Below, in pieces: positions 1-9,632 of a DNA stretch of 64,000 nucleotides (its first letter is position 1; each line of letters starts with the position of its first letter). The notes beneath the pieces are model-generated. The model did not search any database, was not told the DNA's origin, and saw only the letters and a program-made list of their open reading frames with translations. The DNA comes from a virus (Duplodnaviria; Caudoviricetes), in the IMG/VR virus record IMGVR_UViG_3300031760_000029, positions 1 through 64,000 of that record; one strand, given 5' to 3'. The position numbers were made by a program, and so were the translations under genes.

Positions 1-483
1 GCGTGACACATAAGCAGTGTCAACTACATTTTCAATATCAGAAACTATTTGAATACGATCTCCAAAAGCAAGAGATAAGTTGAATTCGTCATTTATAAGT
101 GCAGCAAGTAAATCATGACGAGCAAGATATGTCTCCTTGTCTATTAATTGACCTTGATGCACGAGTATGACAAATGTGATTTGAAGAAATTTAATAGTAT
201 TTCGATTCCACTGCGGAGAATCCTTCCAACCGACAGTGTAACAAATATAACTCTTTGTATCAGTCTGAGTTTCTGGAATAATATAAGCAGGACGAATATT
301 TACACCGAAATAATCATCTGCTTCCGCCTCAGCATCTTCAAGCTCTTTATTGTTTAATACATGAATAATATATGGATTATTGATAAGTTTTTGTTTAATA
401 ATTTCCTTACAACGAATATTATCGTTGTCTATTCTTTTTCTGAATTCTCGTAGATGCTTCAGATTACTTTCTGTCCATTCCAT
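1..483 (-). CDS. Virion structural protein, neck/tail-completion region (truncated at window start)
   Basis: Not in ORF track. AGGAGG RBS, ATG at 483, open frame MEWTESNLKHLREF... to position 1; lies downstream of head genes. Confidence 0.7.
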   Translation of the reverse strand, partial: MEWTESNLKHLREFRKRIDNDNIRCKEIIKQKLINNPYIIHVLNNKELEDAEAEADDYFGVNIRPAYIIPETQTDTKSYICYTVGWKDSPQWNRNTIKFLQITFVILVHQGQLIDKETYLARHDLLAALINDEFNLSLAFGDRIQIVSDIENVVDTAYVSR

Positions 484-495
484 CTGAGCACCTCC

Positions 496-2905
496 TTATA
501 AGCCCTGAATATTCATCTTAATAGATGATTCGACACCAACATCACTGCGATATGCAACCACAAGATCTTTGCCAATATAATCATCTGGACCGATGAATTT
601 TATTCTTATTTGATTTTCATTGAGATTAGATTCGTCAGTTTTTATAAAACGACCAACCTCTTCTCCTTCAACATAGTACTTCCATATACCATGTTTAAAA
701 GGTATAGGACCAATGTCATCAAAGAATTGTACTTCAAACTTTTTGAAACTACCGTTAATCTTGATAACTTGTTCCTTACCTGTATATGTGATTTTTGAGT
801 ATACGCCCATAGGCTCATCATCTGGCTTATCTTCTGGTTCTACACCAGAAGCCCTATAATCAGCCCACATACCAACAACATTGCCTTCTTCATCAGTTTC
901 TATTAAATCCGTATCTGAATTGAATTGATCTTGAGCCATTGTAATCATAGCTAATCCGCGATTCTGAATACGATTCACCTTAGAAACCTTCCATGTACGT
1001 GGTTCAGTCAAGACAGGAGCATCTACAATAATTCTCAGATTGTAATATATTTTTTCGGTATCTCGATTAAGTGGAACCACAAACTTCTGTTGATCTTGTA
1101 CGGTAGTAAGCTTGTACAATTGTGTTACTTTAACAGTTCGTTAATCTGCTAAAGAATTATGCAGAACAATAAACATCTTTATATATTTGATATTTTCTAT
1201 TCAAAAACACATCCGAACTAGAATATAGCCAATCAAGAAACTTTTTTACCTGATTTCTACCAGCAATTTGTAAATCACGAGTAGTTACTTCTTTGTTATT
1301 ATGGCATAAGCTTATTGAACAATGTATTCCTAATACTTTCTTCACGATTTCGGCAATGCTATTACAAAATGATTCCGTGCCAATTAGTTTTACTCTGTTT
1401 TCTGTTTTGCATATACTTCCATCTCCGTCTAAATATCCAAGTATAAAAGAAGGATAATATTCCTCTTTTAAGTTATTTGGAAATGTTAGAGATAGACTTT
1501 TATTTGGTATCATTCCATGCTTTATCAAAGAATCGTGAATATTCTTGTTTGTTATTGATAAACAATATTGATTTTGCCAATTAGAATTCTTTTCATGATA
1601 TGGGATAAAAACTAATTTGTGATTACTATTTAAATCTTTTTGAAACTGTTCTAATAAGTGTTTGTCTCGCTCTTGAAGTGATATTTGAAAACTATTTCCG
1701 TTTGAAGATACTGTTCCATCAGCATATAATAATCCTAGATAATACGCTTTTCTTGCAGAATCTATGTTTTCAAAATATGTATTATCAATTGTTCTTGTCT
1801 GTTTAACTTCACTCAAACTTAAAATATGTATGTTATTCTTAACTAGTATATCACGTAAAGTTTTTTCTCCCATATGTATTTCTTTTGCTGTTTTTGCCAT
1901 ATTCTTTAATTCTCTGTATTTTTGTATTGCCAACATTTCTCTATCAATTGATATATTCGGATGTTTATTTATTTGTTTATTCATATTAATTCTCCTAAAA
2001 TTAATATTATAAAAGACCATAATCGCCAATATTAGGAGTATTGACGAAACGGTTTGCAACCCGCTGTCTGGTCTTTTTAATCTACATAATTTTTCTTATG
2101 CTTTCACATAAGTTCTGACTATATCATCATCCGTTCTGGATGCTTCCCATTTCGGTCACTTGACCTACATAATAGTCGATGAACCTTCTCCTATTCGGAG
2201 CTTGGCTGCTGATCATCCAATTCAATTACTTTTTAATCCATCACGCTTAGATGTATTTCATTCTTACGTTGTGGAGAATTGACTATAAGGAATTTCCAGC
2301 AATTAAAGAAGTTTTCTTATGTCATTCCTGACATAAGGGACTACTAATTAATCCGTCCAGATTCCGCTATTGTACGAATTCTGACTTTGTAATACACATG
2401 CAACCTCTTGTCGTTTGCCATCCATTATATACTGCACACAATGATCACATCTTAATATTTCCCATGTTGGGAATTGAATGTCATTGATATCAGCTTCTGC
2501 AACAACAAGCCAACGATTATATTTTCCATTAGTATCCTTTATAAGAATATATTCTCCTAAAGGCCATGCACTGCCATACATGTCTTCATATTTATAATAA
2601 TAGTCAACGTTGCATTTTTGACTTGGTTTAAGTTGTAAATGAAAACTTACCTGATCTTTCGCAAGAGTTTGACTTTGATGGCGAATGAATTTTATATCTA
2701 ACGGAACCATATTTTTAGTTGGTTTTACGTCATCAAGAGCATAAGGATCTGGATCATGATACATATCAAATTGATAAGCAATTTGTTGAGACGGATCTCC
2801 ATCCCACGTCCACTCCAGAATATCTTTCCCTTGATCCTTTCGCACCTCACCTAAAGTGCGTCCATTCATACCAAGATACTTTCCATAATTACTAAAAGAA
2901 GGCAT
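496..2905 (-). CDS. Intron-split virion neck/head-tail protein (exon 1 2905-2351, exon 2 1116-496; spliced 391 aa)
   Basis: Joining ...TGG ACG GAT|TAC AAG CTT... gives in-frame NSGIWTD-YKLTTVQDQQKF; function from position in the head-tail module only. Confidence 0.8.
1117..2350 (-). mobile_element. Group I intron (1234 nt) carrying a LAGLIDADG homing endonuclease
   Basis: 5' exon ends in U; P1 GGAU/GUCC with U.G pair; core elements P AAUUGCUGGAAA (2304-2293), Q GAUCAGCAG (2214-2206), R UCAUCGACUA (2182-2173), S GAUAUAGUC (2125-2117); ends in G at 1117. Confidence 0.92.
1157..1984 (-). CDS. Two-motif LAGLIDADG homing endonuclease (275 aa), intron-encoded
   Basis: Motifs KAYYLGLLYADGTV and SFILGYLDGDGSI; start reassigned to ATG 1984 behind AGGAG. 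Confidence 0.9.
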   Translation of the reverse strand: MNKQINKHPNISIDREMLAIQKYRELKNMAKTAKEIHMGEKTLRDILVKNNIHILSLSEVKQTRTIDNTYFENIDSARKAYYLGLLYADGTVSSNGNSFQISLQERDKHLLEQFQKDLNSNHKLVFIPYHEKNSNWQNQYCLSITNKNIHDSLIKHGMIPNKSLSLTFPNNLKEEYYPSFILGYLDGDGSICKTENRVKLIGTESFCNSIAEIVKKVLGIHCSISLCHNNKEVTTRDLQIAGRNQVKKFLDWLYSSSDVFLNRKYQIYKDVYCSA

Positions 2906-2906
2906 A

Positions 2907-3236
2907 TTACACCTCCTTTATCTTACGAACAGAATTACCAGCATCTAATATCAATTTGCGATAATGACTCCAACTAAATGTTGGACTTTTCCATTCTAAG
3001 TAAGCAGCATTCAACAATGCCATTACCTCACAAAATTCATCTGGATAATTCAATAATTCATTAAGACTCCCCCATGTCGTAAGAACATTAATGAAAGCCT
3101 CATTTATATCAATGTCGTAATCTGCCGCTGTTGCTGGATCAACTACCAATAACAGAAAAAATATTTGATTACGCATTCGCTTTTTTGTTTGAACAATTTG
3201 ATTGGCGGCAAAATCACCATAAGCATATTCGATCAT
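2907..3236 (-). CDS. Hypothetical virion-module protein (109 aa)
   Basis: ATGA-coupled to the upstream gene; co-oriented in the structural operon. Confidence 0.7.
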   Translation of the reverse strand: MIEYAYGDFAANQIVQTKKRMRNQIFFLLLVVDPATAADYDIDINEAFINVLTTWGSLNELLNYPDEFCEVMALLNAAYLEWKSPTFSWSHYRKLILDAGNSVRKIKEV

Positions 3237-3697
3237 GACGCACCTCCAAGATAGGAATTGCGTACATATCCAGCATTCTGAATATAGAATCTCGCAGCTT
3301 TCATTGCATCATCTCGTAAACCACGAAGTTCAGTAATGTGCTGCGCCTGTGAATAGTATTTCTGCTCTTTGTTTGAAAACATTTGAGAAATATTCACAAC
3401 TGATTGAACCTGCTTGTTTAACCATTCATAAACCATCCATTTCGCTAATGCATTAATTACAAATTCTTTATCCGTCTCATTATTGACTGAATTAGAAAGA
3501 GTATAAGAAAGAACCTGTCCTTCGTCATCTAAACTATATTCAGAAAATAATCTATATACATATGGATCAGCAATAGACTTATGAAGATATTCAGACATTA
3601 TTTCAAAAGCGTCAGTAGGACTCAGGGAGGCAAGATTGTAGTCCGTTACATTCCCCAAGAAGCTACTGAAGATTTCCTCGTAGCTAAGTGAGGTCAT
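3233..3697 (-). CDS. Putative head-tail adaptor (154 aa)
   Basis: GGAGG RBS; size and position two genes after the major capsid gene. Confidence 0.55.
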   Translation of the reverse strand: MTSLSYEEIFSSFLGNVTDYNLASLSPTDAFEIMSEYLHKSIADPYVYRLFSEYSLDDEGQVLSYTLSNSVNNETDKEFVINALAKWMVYEWLNKQVQSVVNISQMFSNKEQKYYSQAQHITELRGLRDDAMKAARFYIQNAGYVRNSYLGGAS

Positions 3698-3714
3698 GGT
3701 TATACCTCCTTATA

Positions 3715-4317
3715 TTAATCCGACATTAATTCGCCAACGAGATCAAGATCAATACCAAGAGTTTCATTCAAAGTCTTAATTTTCTTGCGACTATCCAGAT
3801 AACCATTAGCAACCTGGAATGCAGCAATAGACTTCAAATTTTCGACAGCGCCTTTAGGAAGACGATTAATAGCGTCAACCATTTCATCATTTGGCATCTC
3901 AAGGATTGCCTTGATGTCACGCGTCTTAAATTTTTCAGAATAAAACTTGTCAATATCAGAATGCTCTTCTAAGAAATTTTTATCCTCAATCATAATGCGA
4001 GGCTCGAAAATGTTCTTGTCTTTGGAACGAACCATAGCAACAAGGTCTCTATATTCAATTTCTGTCTCATCATCATAGTCAGTAAAAGAATACATAATAC
4101 CAGTTTTAGGCCCTTCAATAAACAAAATTCCAGAACAAACAGAACGGCAGAGTACGCCATCACTTTGTTCAAAAGATTTCTTGTCACGAGGTTTTTCGAT
4201 AACAGGAGTTTCATCTTCGACAACAACCTCTTCCTGTACAGGTTCGAAGACTGCTTCTTCTTTGACTTTAGGTTCCTTAGTCTTTTTCTCGTCTTTAATA
4301 AAGCTTGTTCTAGGCAT
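3715..4317 (-). CDS. Hypothetical protein following major capsid (200 aa)
   Basis: AAGGAG RBS; charged low-complexity N-terminus. Confidence 0.75.
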   Translation of the reverse strand: MPRTSFIKDEKKTKEPKVKEEAVFEPVQEEVVVEDETPVIEKPRDKKSFEQSDGVLCRSVCSGILFIEGPKTGIMYSFTDYDDETEIEYRDLVAMVRSKDKNIFEPRIMIEDKNFLEEHSDIDKFYSEKFKTRDIKAILEMPNDEMVDAINRLPKGAVENLKSIAAFQVANGYLDSRKKIKTLNETLGIDLDLVGELMSD

Positions 4318-4381
4318 TTCTATTTCTCCTTTTATTCATAACGGGAGAGTCATACGACCCTCCCGCATATTAATAGTTTGA

Positions 4382-5482
4382 TTAAGCAGTCCAAACGCCA
4401 AAATAGCGTCCAAGGACAGAGCCAACACCCATGCGTCTCTGAACCTCATAGGTCTGCAGATCAGAAGTATACTTAGAATCTCTATCCATAATCTCAGAGA
4501 TCTGCGTATCTCCTTCATCAACAAACTTGATGAACTTACCCGCATCGCCAACGATAGGCATAATATACAGATCATCAGCAAACAGCAGCTGAGAAAGTGC
4601 AGCATCCTTAAAGCGGTTGGGCAGCGTGATAAGCCTCGTACCTTCGTACAGGCCAATAACGCCAGTGTTCATCACGTTGTTCTTCTGAGCATCAGCAATG
4701 TAGTTAACCTGCTGTGCGGAAGCAACCTTACCAAGAGCAGCCTTCGTACCCATGATAACGACCTCTGCACCATTGTTAGCGGCAGAAACCTTCTCAATGA
4801 TCAGATCGAAGTTTGCCTTATTCATGACACCATTGCCCTTGAACTGAGCGGGCAGAGAGTTAACCATCTTCTTAAGCTCGGCATAAACCTGCTCACGAAT
4901 CTGATTTTCATAAGCCACAGCAATGGCATTCACGAACTTATCCCACTGTACATCACCAAGGATGTAGCGGTTGATATCAGCACCAACCTTCACCACGTAA
5001 AGCTCCGTGGGAATCGTGATGGTCTGATAAGCCTGCAATCTCTGCAGAATGTGATCGTGATGGCTCGTTCCAGCCTTGGCAACAGACAAAATAGCATCAT
5101 CGGTCTCGATCACAAAATCCTGACGATCGCCATAAGCAATGGTCTTTCTGTCGACAAGCTCATTGAACCAATCACTATCCTGAAGACCAACCTCAATTCT
5201 CTTATCAATGGTATCTTCAATAATGTCGAACCAGTCACGACCATTGTCGCGCAAAGCACGGCGAACAGCCTTATAATCCTTAATATCACTAATGCCAAGA
5301 ATCTGACGGGAGAAGTCAAGAATCTTTGCATTTGCCTCAGTCTTCGTGATCACACGATCAGACTCGGCATCGTAAATCTCGCGGCCAAGAGCCACATCCT
5401 GCATAAGATTATTCATTGCGTCATAATCGGTGTTATTTGCAGCAAAAACACTCATGACACGCGTATTAAAATTCTTACTCAT
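4382..5482 (-). CDS. Major capsid protein (366 aa)
   Basis: Start reassigned to ATG 5482 (GAAAGGAGG RBS); strongly biased codon usage; size and position after scaffold and decoration genes. Confidence 0.85.
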   Translation of the reverse strand: MSKNFNTRVMSVFAANNTDYDAMNNLMQDVALGREIYDAESDRVITKTEANAKILDFSRQILGISDIKDYKAVRRALRDNGRDWFDIIEDTIDKRIEVGLQDSDWFNELVDRKTIAYGDRQDFVIETDDAILSVAKAGTSHHDHILQRLQAYQTITIPTELYVVKVGADINRYILGDVQWDKFVNAIAVAYENQIREQVYAELKKMVNSLPAQFKGNGVMNKANFDLIIEKVSAANNGAEVVIMGTKAALGKVASAQQVNYIADAQKNNVMNTGVIGLYEGTRLITLPNRFKDAALSQLLFADDLYIMPIVGDAGKFIKFVDEGDTQISEIMDRDSKYTSDLQTYEVQRRMGVGSVLGRYFGVWTA

Positions 5483-5508
5483 GATATCTATTCCTCCTTT
5501 CCTCAAAA

Positions 5509-5994
5509 TTAAGCCTGGACAACCCATTTGCCAGCCGTATACTTAACGGCCTTACCAGCCTCGGGCGTGCCAGTGAAAGCAGCTACGGAATAACTAGCAA
5601 TGTCGCCAACATGCAGTTCTGCACCCTGGGTGGTATCACCAGCAGCGTTAAAGAAGAGACCTTCCTCACGAAGCTCCTGCTCAGGATACGGACTAACGGG
5701 AGTATTATAGGAATAGAAGATCTGGTCGGTGCCAAGCTTCGTAAACTCGACATACCAACTGTTCGGCGTGTCGGTAGCGGCCTGACGAATCACACCCTCT
5801 ACAGTATTTGCAGCAACATCATCAGCCTCATAACGATCAAAATCCTTCCAATCGCCCTTCTTATAAAGAACGCCATTGTCGCTATCAGCCTGCATCTCAA
5901 GATTGATCACATGACCATACTGTCCCATCATACTAGCAATCTTGCTAGGGAATGTGACCACATGGGTATTATTTCTGGTAAAATCAATAGCCAT
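5509..5994 (-). CDS. Capsid decoration/cement-like protein (161 aa)
   Basis: Between scaffold and capsid genes; same high-expression codon bias as the capsid gene. Confidence 0.6.
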   Translation of the reverse strand: MAIDFTRNNTHVVTFPSKIASMMGQYGHVINLEMQADSDNGVLYKKGDWKDFDRYEADDVAANTVEGVIRQAATDTPNSWYVEFTKLGTDQIFYSYNTPVSPYPEQELREEGLFFNAAGDTTQGAELHVGDIASYSVAAFTGTPEAGKAVKYTAGKWVVQA

Positions 5995-6024
5995 GATATT
6001 ATTTCTCCTTTCAAGTATTTAAAT

Positions 6025-6051
6025 AAAAAAAATAGACCGCATATTGCGGTC
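6025..6051 (-). terminator. Intrinsic terminator after protease/scaffold gene
   Basis: GACCGCA-ata-TGCGGTC stem followed by a T-run on the minus strand. Confidence 0.6.
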
Positions 6052-6064
6052 ATTTGTTTCTTCG

Positions 6065-7681
6065 TTAGTTTTTAGTAAAAATTCCGCCGTAGCGTCCTTG
6101 CTTTTTCTGTCTGTTGATAGGCAGCTTCTTCATTCCAACTTCTTTCTTTTCGTCAGCCTGAGCAGCAAAGTCAACTTTGCCAGCTTTCGCCGCGTTTAAA
6201 AGCATCTCATCTGCCTTTGCACGGACATCTTCGACACTCATATCAAAATGGGCATCTTGAGCCTTAAAAGCAACAAACTCTTCGGAGTCAGAAATAGAAG
6301 AGTAGTCTGCAGAATTCAAAATCTCGAGTTTCTCGGGTTCTGCTTCATACTTAGCAAGCTTTTCAGAAATCTCTGCGTAATTTGCTTTCATCTGATCAAG
6401 CTGATTAATCTCATCTTGAGTAAGATATTTAGCAAATACATCCACACGATCTCCCTGGAGAGCATACACGTCTTTCTTTACAGAATACTTCTGCTTAAAA
6501 TGCTTTCCACTCCACCAACCGTGAGCGTAGACTTCCTTACGTTCCTCATCCGCGTCACAGTCGAAGTAATCATTATCGGACTCTCCATACGTCTGATTAA
6601 TAAGAGTAGTAAGAGCATTGAGCTTTTCCACAAGAGAAGAACTAAATGTCTTTGTTTCTCCATTAACAGTTATAGAAAGAGTAGCAAAATTATCTGTTAA
6701 CTCCGCTTCGGAATCCTCTTCAGGAGTAACGTCTGTAGTTTCCTCAGACTCTGCTTCGGTAACAGTTACCTCTTCGGTGGATTCTTCTGTCTCAGCTTCT
6801 GTTTCCACCTGTTCGGTTTCCGCCATCTCTTCGACAACGGTTTCCTCTTCGGAGGCTTCTGTTGCTTCAACATTTTCCTCGAAAATTTCCATTGTTTCTT
6901 TTCCTCCTTTCGTAGATTCCGCAAAAGCGGTTATATAATTATCAAGGGATTGTTTTAACCCTTGCATAATTTCAATAGCTTTATCAAAACACACTGAATT
7001 CTTTTCAACGCTAAAATCTGCAATATCAAGACGAGCGCCTTCCATACCTTCTTTTACCTCTTCACCAGTTTCTGGATTTGTACCGAGGCAAGTAAGACCA
7101 GACACCTCAACATCAGTTAAAAGCAACTCTTTCTTCTTTGTATCAAATGCCATCTCATTAACAATGAGCTCAACACTAACTTTAGTGCCATTCTTTCTTT
7201 CAATGATATCTGCTGCAGCAGTATACTCACGAGGAATGGCGCAAGTAGCATATACATATTGACGATCTTCATTATCTGGATCTTGCTCCATATAAGGGTC
7301 ATCAGCAGTAAAGCATCCTATTTGTCTTTCTTGATATTCAATTTCACCATCATCATTGACAGTAAAATCATGGGATGTGAAATCTAAATCTCCAGATTCA
7401 GTCATTGCGAAATTGGCAAGAATTGGTTTATATGCCATTGTCTTCATTGCCTTCTTTGCCGCATCAACAGTAACATTCGAATGATTGCGATTCAAACCTG
7501 TATGAAACGCTGTCACTGTTGCATATAGCAAAGAAGATTGCTCATCCTGTTCTTCATTTTGTTTAAATGTTGCAGGAGCAAGAACACATAATGGCTTACC
7601 AGTTTCTTTTGCGTTGAATGAATACAGCTTTTGATCTTGGCAGAATTGTACTAAATCATCTAATGTCAAAAGCTTCTTCAT
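6065..7681 (-). CDS. Prohead protease/scaffold (538 aa)
   Basis: N-terminal protease-like region (HTGLNRNHSN, KVSVEL, LTCLG), long acidic linker, helical C-terminus; follows portal. Confidence 0.8.
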   Translation of the reverse strand: MKKLLTLDDLVQFCQDQKLYSFNAKETGKPLCVLAPATFKQNEEQDEQSSLLYATVTAFHTGLNRNHSNVTVDAAKKAMKTMAYKPILANFAMTESGDLDFTSHDFTVNDDGEIEYQERQIGCFTADDPYMEQDPDNEDRQYVYATCAIPREYTAAADIIERKNGTKVSVELIVNEMAFDTKKKELLLTDVEVSGLTCLGTNPETGEEVKEGMEGARLDIADFSVEKNSVCFDKAIEIMQGLKQSLDNYITAFAESTKGGKETMEIFEENVEATEASEEETVVEEMAETEQVETEAETEESTEEVTVTEAESEETTDVTPEEDSEAELTDNFATLSITVNGETKTFSSSLVEKLNALTTLINQTYGESDNDYFDCDADEERKEVYAHGWWSGKHFKQKYSVKKDVYALQGDRVDVFAKYLTQDEINQLDQMKANYAEISEKLAKYEAEPEKLEILNSADYSSISDSEEFVAFKAQDAHFDMSVEDVRAKADEMLLNAAKAGKVDFAAQADEKKEVGMKKLPINRQKKQGRYGGIFTKN

Positions 7682-7696
7682 AATCTACTCCTTGTT

Positions 7697-7873
7697 TTAA
7701 CAGAACATTTTGTCTGTATATACAAACTTTTTTCGGGATTCTTCCGAAAACTTCATATTACCATTATTGAGAAATACAAAGTATTTCCCCTCTTTATTCA
7801 GTTCTTGATAGCCGTTACCTCGTAACTCTGCGGCTACACCAGCATCTGCTGTCTTAATGAATTGTTGTTTCAT
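7697..7873 (-). CDS. Small conserved phage protein (58 aa, MKQQFIKTADAG...)
   Basis: Below ORF-track cutoff; fills the portal-protease gap exactly. Confidence 0.65.
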   Translation of the reverse strand: MKQQFIKTADAGVAAELRGNGYQELNKEGKYFVFLNNGNMKFSEESRKKFVYTDKMFC

Positions 7874-7888
7874 CCTTTTATTCCTCTG

Positions 7889-9493
7889 TTATGAATTACG
7901 ACTACGATCACCGCTAGGACTCAAATCTCCAGCATCTTTCTCTGGAGCACCTTGACCAACCTCACCTTTTTCAGACTCTGCAGTATTCGTATAACTAGAA
8001 ACAAGAGGATGGATCATAATATCCTGCAATCCAAGTGCTTCAGTCTCAAACTTCAGCGCTGCCATGGTTTGTCGTTCACTAAACCCAAGAAGAGTGCCAT
8101 ATGCCAGCCTGTAAGAGTACCCATACTGATTGGCCTCCAATAACGTTTTACGATAATCCTCTTTCGTGTAAATTGTAATTGGCATTAAAGACAATGTGCA
8201 CGGATTCGAAACATTTAAGAATAACTGCATATTTAACCATGCCTCGCATTGACCAAGAACTCCAGCAAGTGCAAACGCAGATTCTGCTCTAAGTGCATTC
8301 TTAATCAGCTCGGTATTATTAATAGCTTTACTTGAGTTGAGTAATGCACCCATACCAGACATGGCACCAAGAATCTGTTGCTGACTTTTGTCAACTCTGT
8401 TCGTATCCTGTGATACACTATCTGTGAAATCAATAGTCTTTAATTCATCACCAGGAATAACAGCAGTACTAACATCATCTGGAATTGCATCAGACGCAGC
8501 CTTGAAATAATCAATAGCGAGATCTGGCGTAATTTCAAAATCATCAGAAACCTTCGATGAATTTAGTACCTTAAGCGGTAAATAAATCATACGATAGAAG
8601 CTAGTGTTATCAGCCGCACTCTGATTATCATATAGATCATTTAAACCAGCCAACTGATTTAGATAGGGTAATAATGGCGGTATAATCGTATCAATTGAAT
8701 CCACGTGTTTCTTTAATACAAAACTGTATTCCGCAGGCACATGGACATATTTGATGCCACTAGATTGATATTCTTTCCACATTGACGCAAGTGGTTCGCC
8801 AAGCCATTCAATTAAAGCTTGTTTTTGCTGACTTCTCCATTTTGACATATCTATGGCGAATCCCAGACAAGTACCACCTTTGGCCTCATAAATAGAATCT
8901 ATTACGGCTTCCGCTGGATCAATTGGATAGAAGAATGCTCCGTTTTCATCATGAAAGAAAAGATTGAAACTTACATCACAAAGCCACATATTTACCAGTG
9001 GTCCAAATGTATTATTCTGAAAACTTACAACATCCAAAAAATCTAATGTCGCATCGAACTGCTTCAATGCTTTCGTTACATCGAAATCCTTACTAAATGT
9101 ATACGAAGGTTCTATCTTACGACAATCGAAACAGTACATTGAAGCGTACTTCTCAATCATCTGTGCAAATATAGGGGAACGATAATAAAGATATCTTGAT
9201 GCTTCTATTAATCTTGTAGCATTAGCATATATATTTCCAGTAAGATATCCTTTGATTGTTTCCCTGTCTGTTGCTTGTAAGCTAGGAGTTGTTGCATTCC
9301 TAGATAGATCACGAATAGTTTTCTTTATCTTGTCTTCAGAAGCACTAGCATAATTTAATTTACGCTTTTCTTCTTCAAGCTTATATTGTTCGCGAATTGC
9401 AGCAACGCTCTGATTAGGCTTCCCTACTTCACTTGAAATTTTAGCCACCTTTGGCTTTGAGGCACTATTCGTACCAGCTTTAGTTCTAGGCAT
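7889..9493 (-). CDS. Portal protein (534 aa)
   Basis: GAAAGGAGG RBS; size; position between terminase and protease; C-terminal GxP-type tail (GQGAPEKD). Confidence 0.85.
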   Translation of the reverse strand: MPRTKAGTNSASKPKVAKISSEVGKPNQSVAAIREQYKLEEEKRKLNYASASEDKIKKTIRDLSRNATTPSLQATDRETIKGYLTGNIYANATRLIEASRYLYYRSPIFAQMIEKYASMYCFDCRKIEPSYTFSKDFDVTKALKQFDATLDFLDVVSFQNNTFGPLVNMWLCDVSFNLFFHDENGAFFYPIDPAEAVIDSIYEAKGGTCLGFAIDMSKWRSQQKQALIEWLGEPLASMWKEYQSSGIKYVHVPAEYSFVLKKHVDSIDTIIPPLLPYLNQLAGLNDLYDNQSAADNTSFYRMIYLPLKVLNSSKVSDDFEITPDLAIDYFKAASDAIPDDVSTAVIPGDELKTIDFTDSVSQDTNRVDKSQQQILGAMSGMGALLNSSKAINNTELIKNALRAESAFALAGVLGQCEAWLNMQLFLNVSNPCTLSLMPITIYTKEDYRKTLLEANQYGYSYRLAYGTLLGFSERQTMAALKFETEALGLQDIMIHPLVSSYTNTAESEKGEVGQGAPEKDAGDLSPSGDRSRNS

Positions 9494-9530
9494 ATGGTGC
9501 CTCCTTTCCTAATTATTTGACATATAAAAC

Positions 9531-9632
9531 GCCTGCATTTTAGGTCGGCAGGCTCGACCTCTTATATGGGTTTATTGACTCCATACCGTCATAATGTCCG
9601 CCCTGGTACACATTGTTGAGAGGTGCGGGCGG
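9531..9632 (-). ncRNA. Candidate structured RNA between terL and portal
   Basis: Six 4-6 bp complementary pairs in ~100 nt, several interleaved (CCGCCC/GGGCGG, ACCUCU/AGAGGU, UGAC/GUCA, UAUGG/CCAUA, GGUCG/CGACC, GCCUGC/GCAGGC). Confidence 0.45.

Noticed and set aside
148-357. ORF-track 69-aa plus-strand ORF
   Set aside because: Shadow of the real minus-strand gene 1-483, which has an RBS and fits the operon.
5051-6938. Long plus-strand ORFs opposite capsid and scaffold genes (5051-5512, 5611-6075, 6248-6700, 6618-6938)
   Set aside because: Antisense shadows caused by codon bias; no RBS, no family pattern.
9531-9632. HDV-like, theta, hammerhead, twister or pistol ribozyme assignment
   Set aside because: P1/P2 topology resembles HDV-like folds, but P3/L3, P1.1 and the catalytic joining strand are not recognisable; no CUGAUGA/GAAA core.
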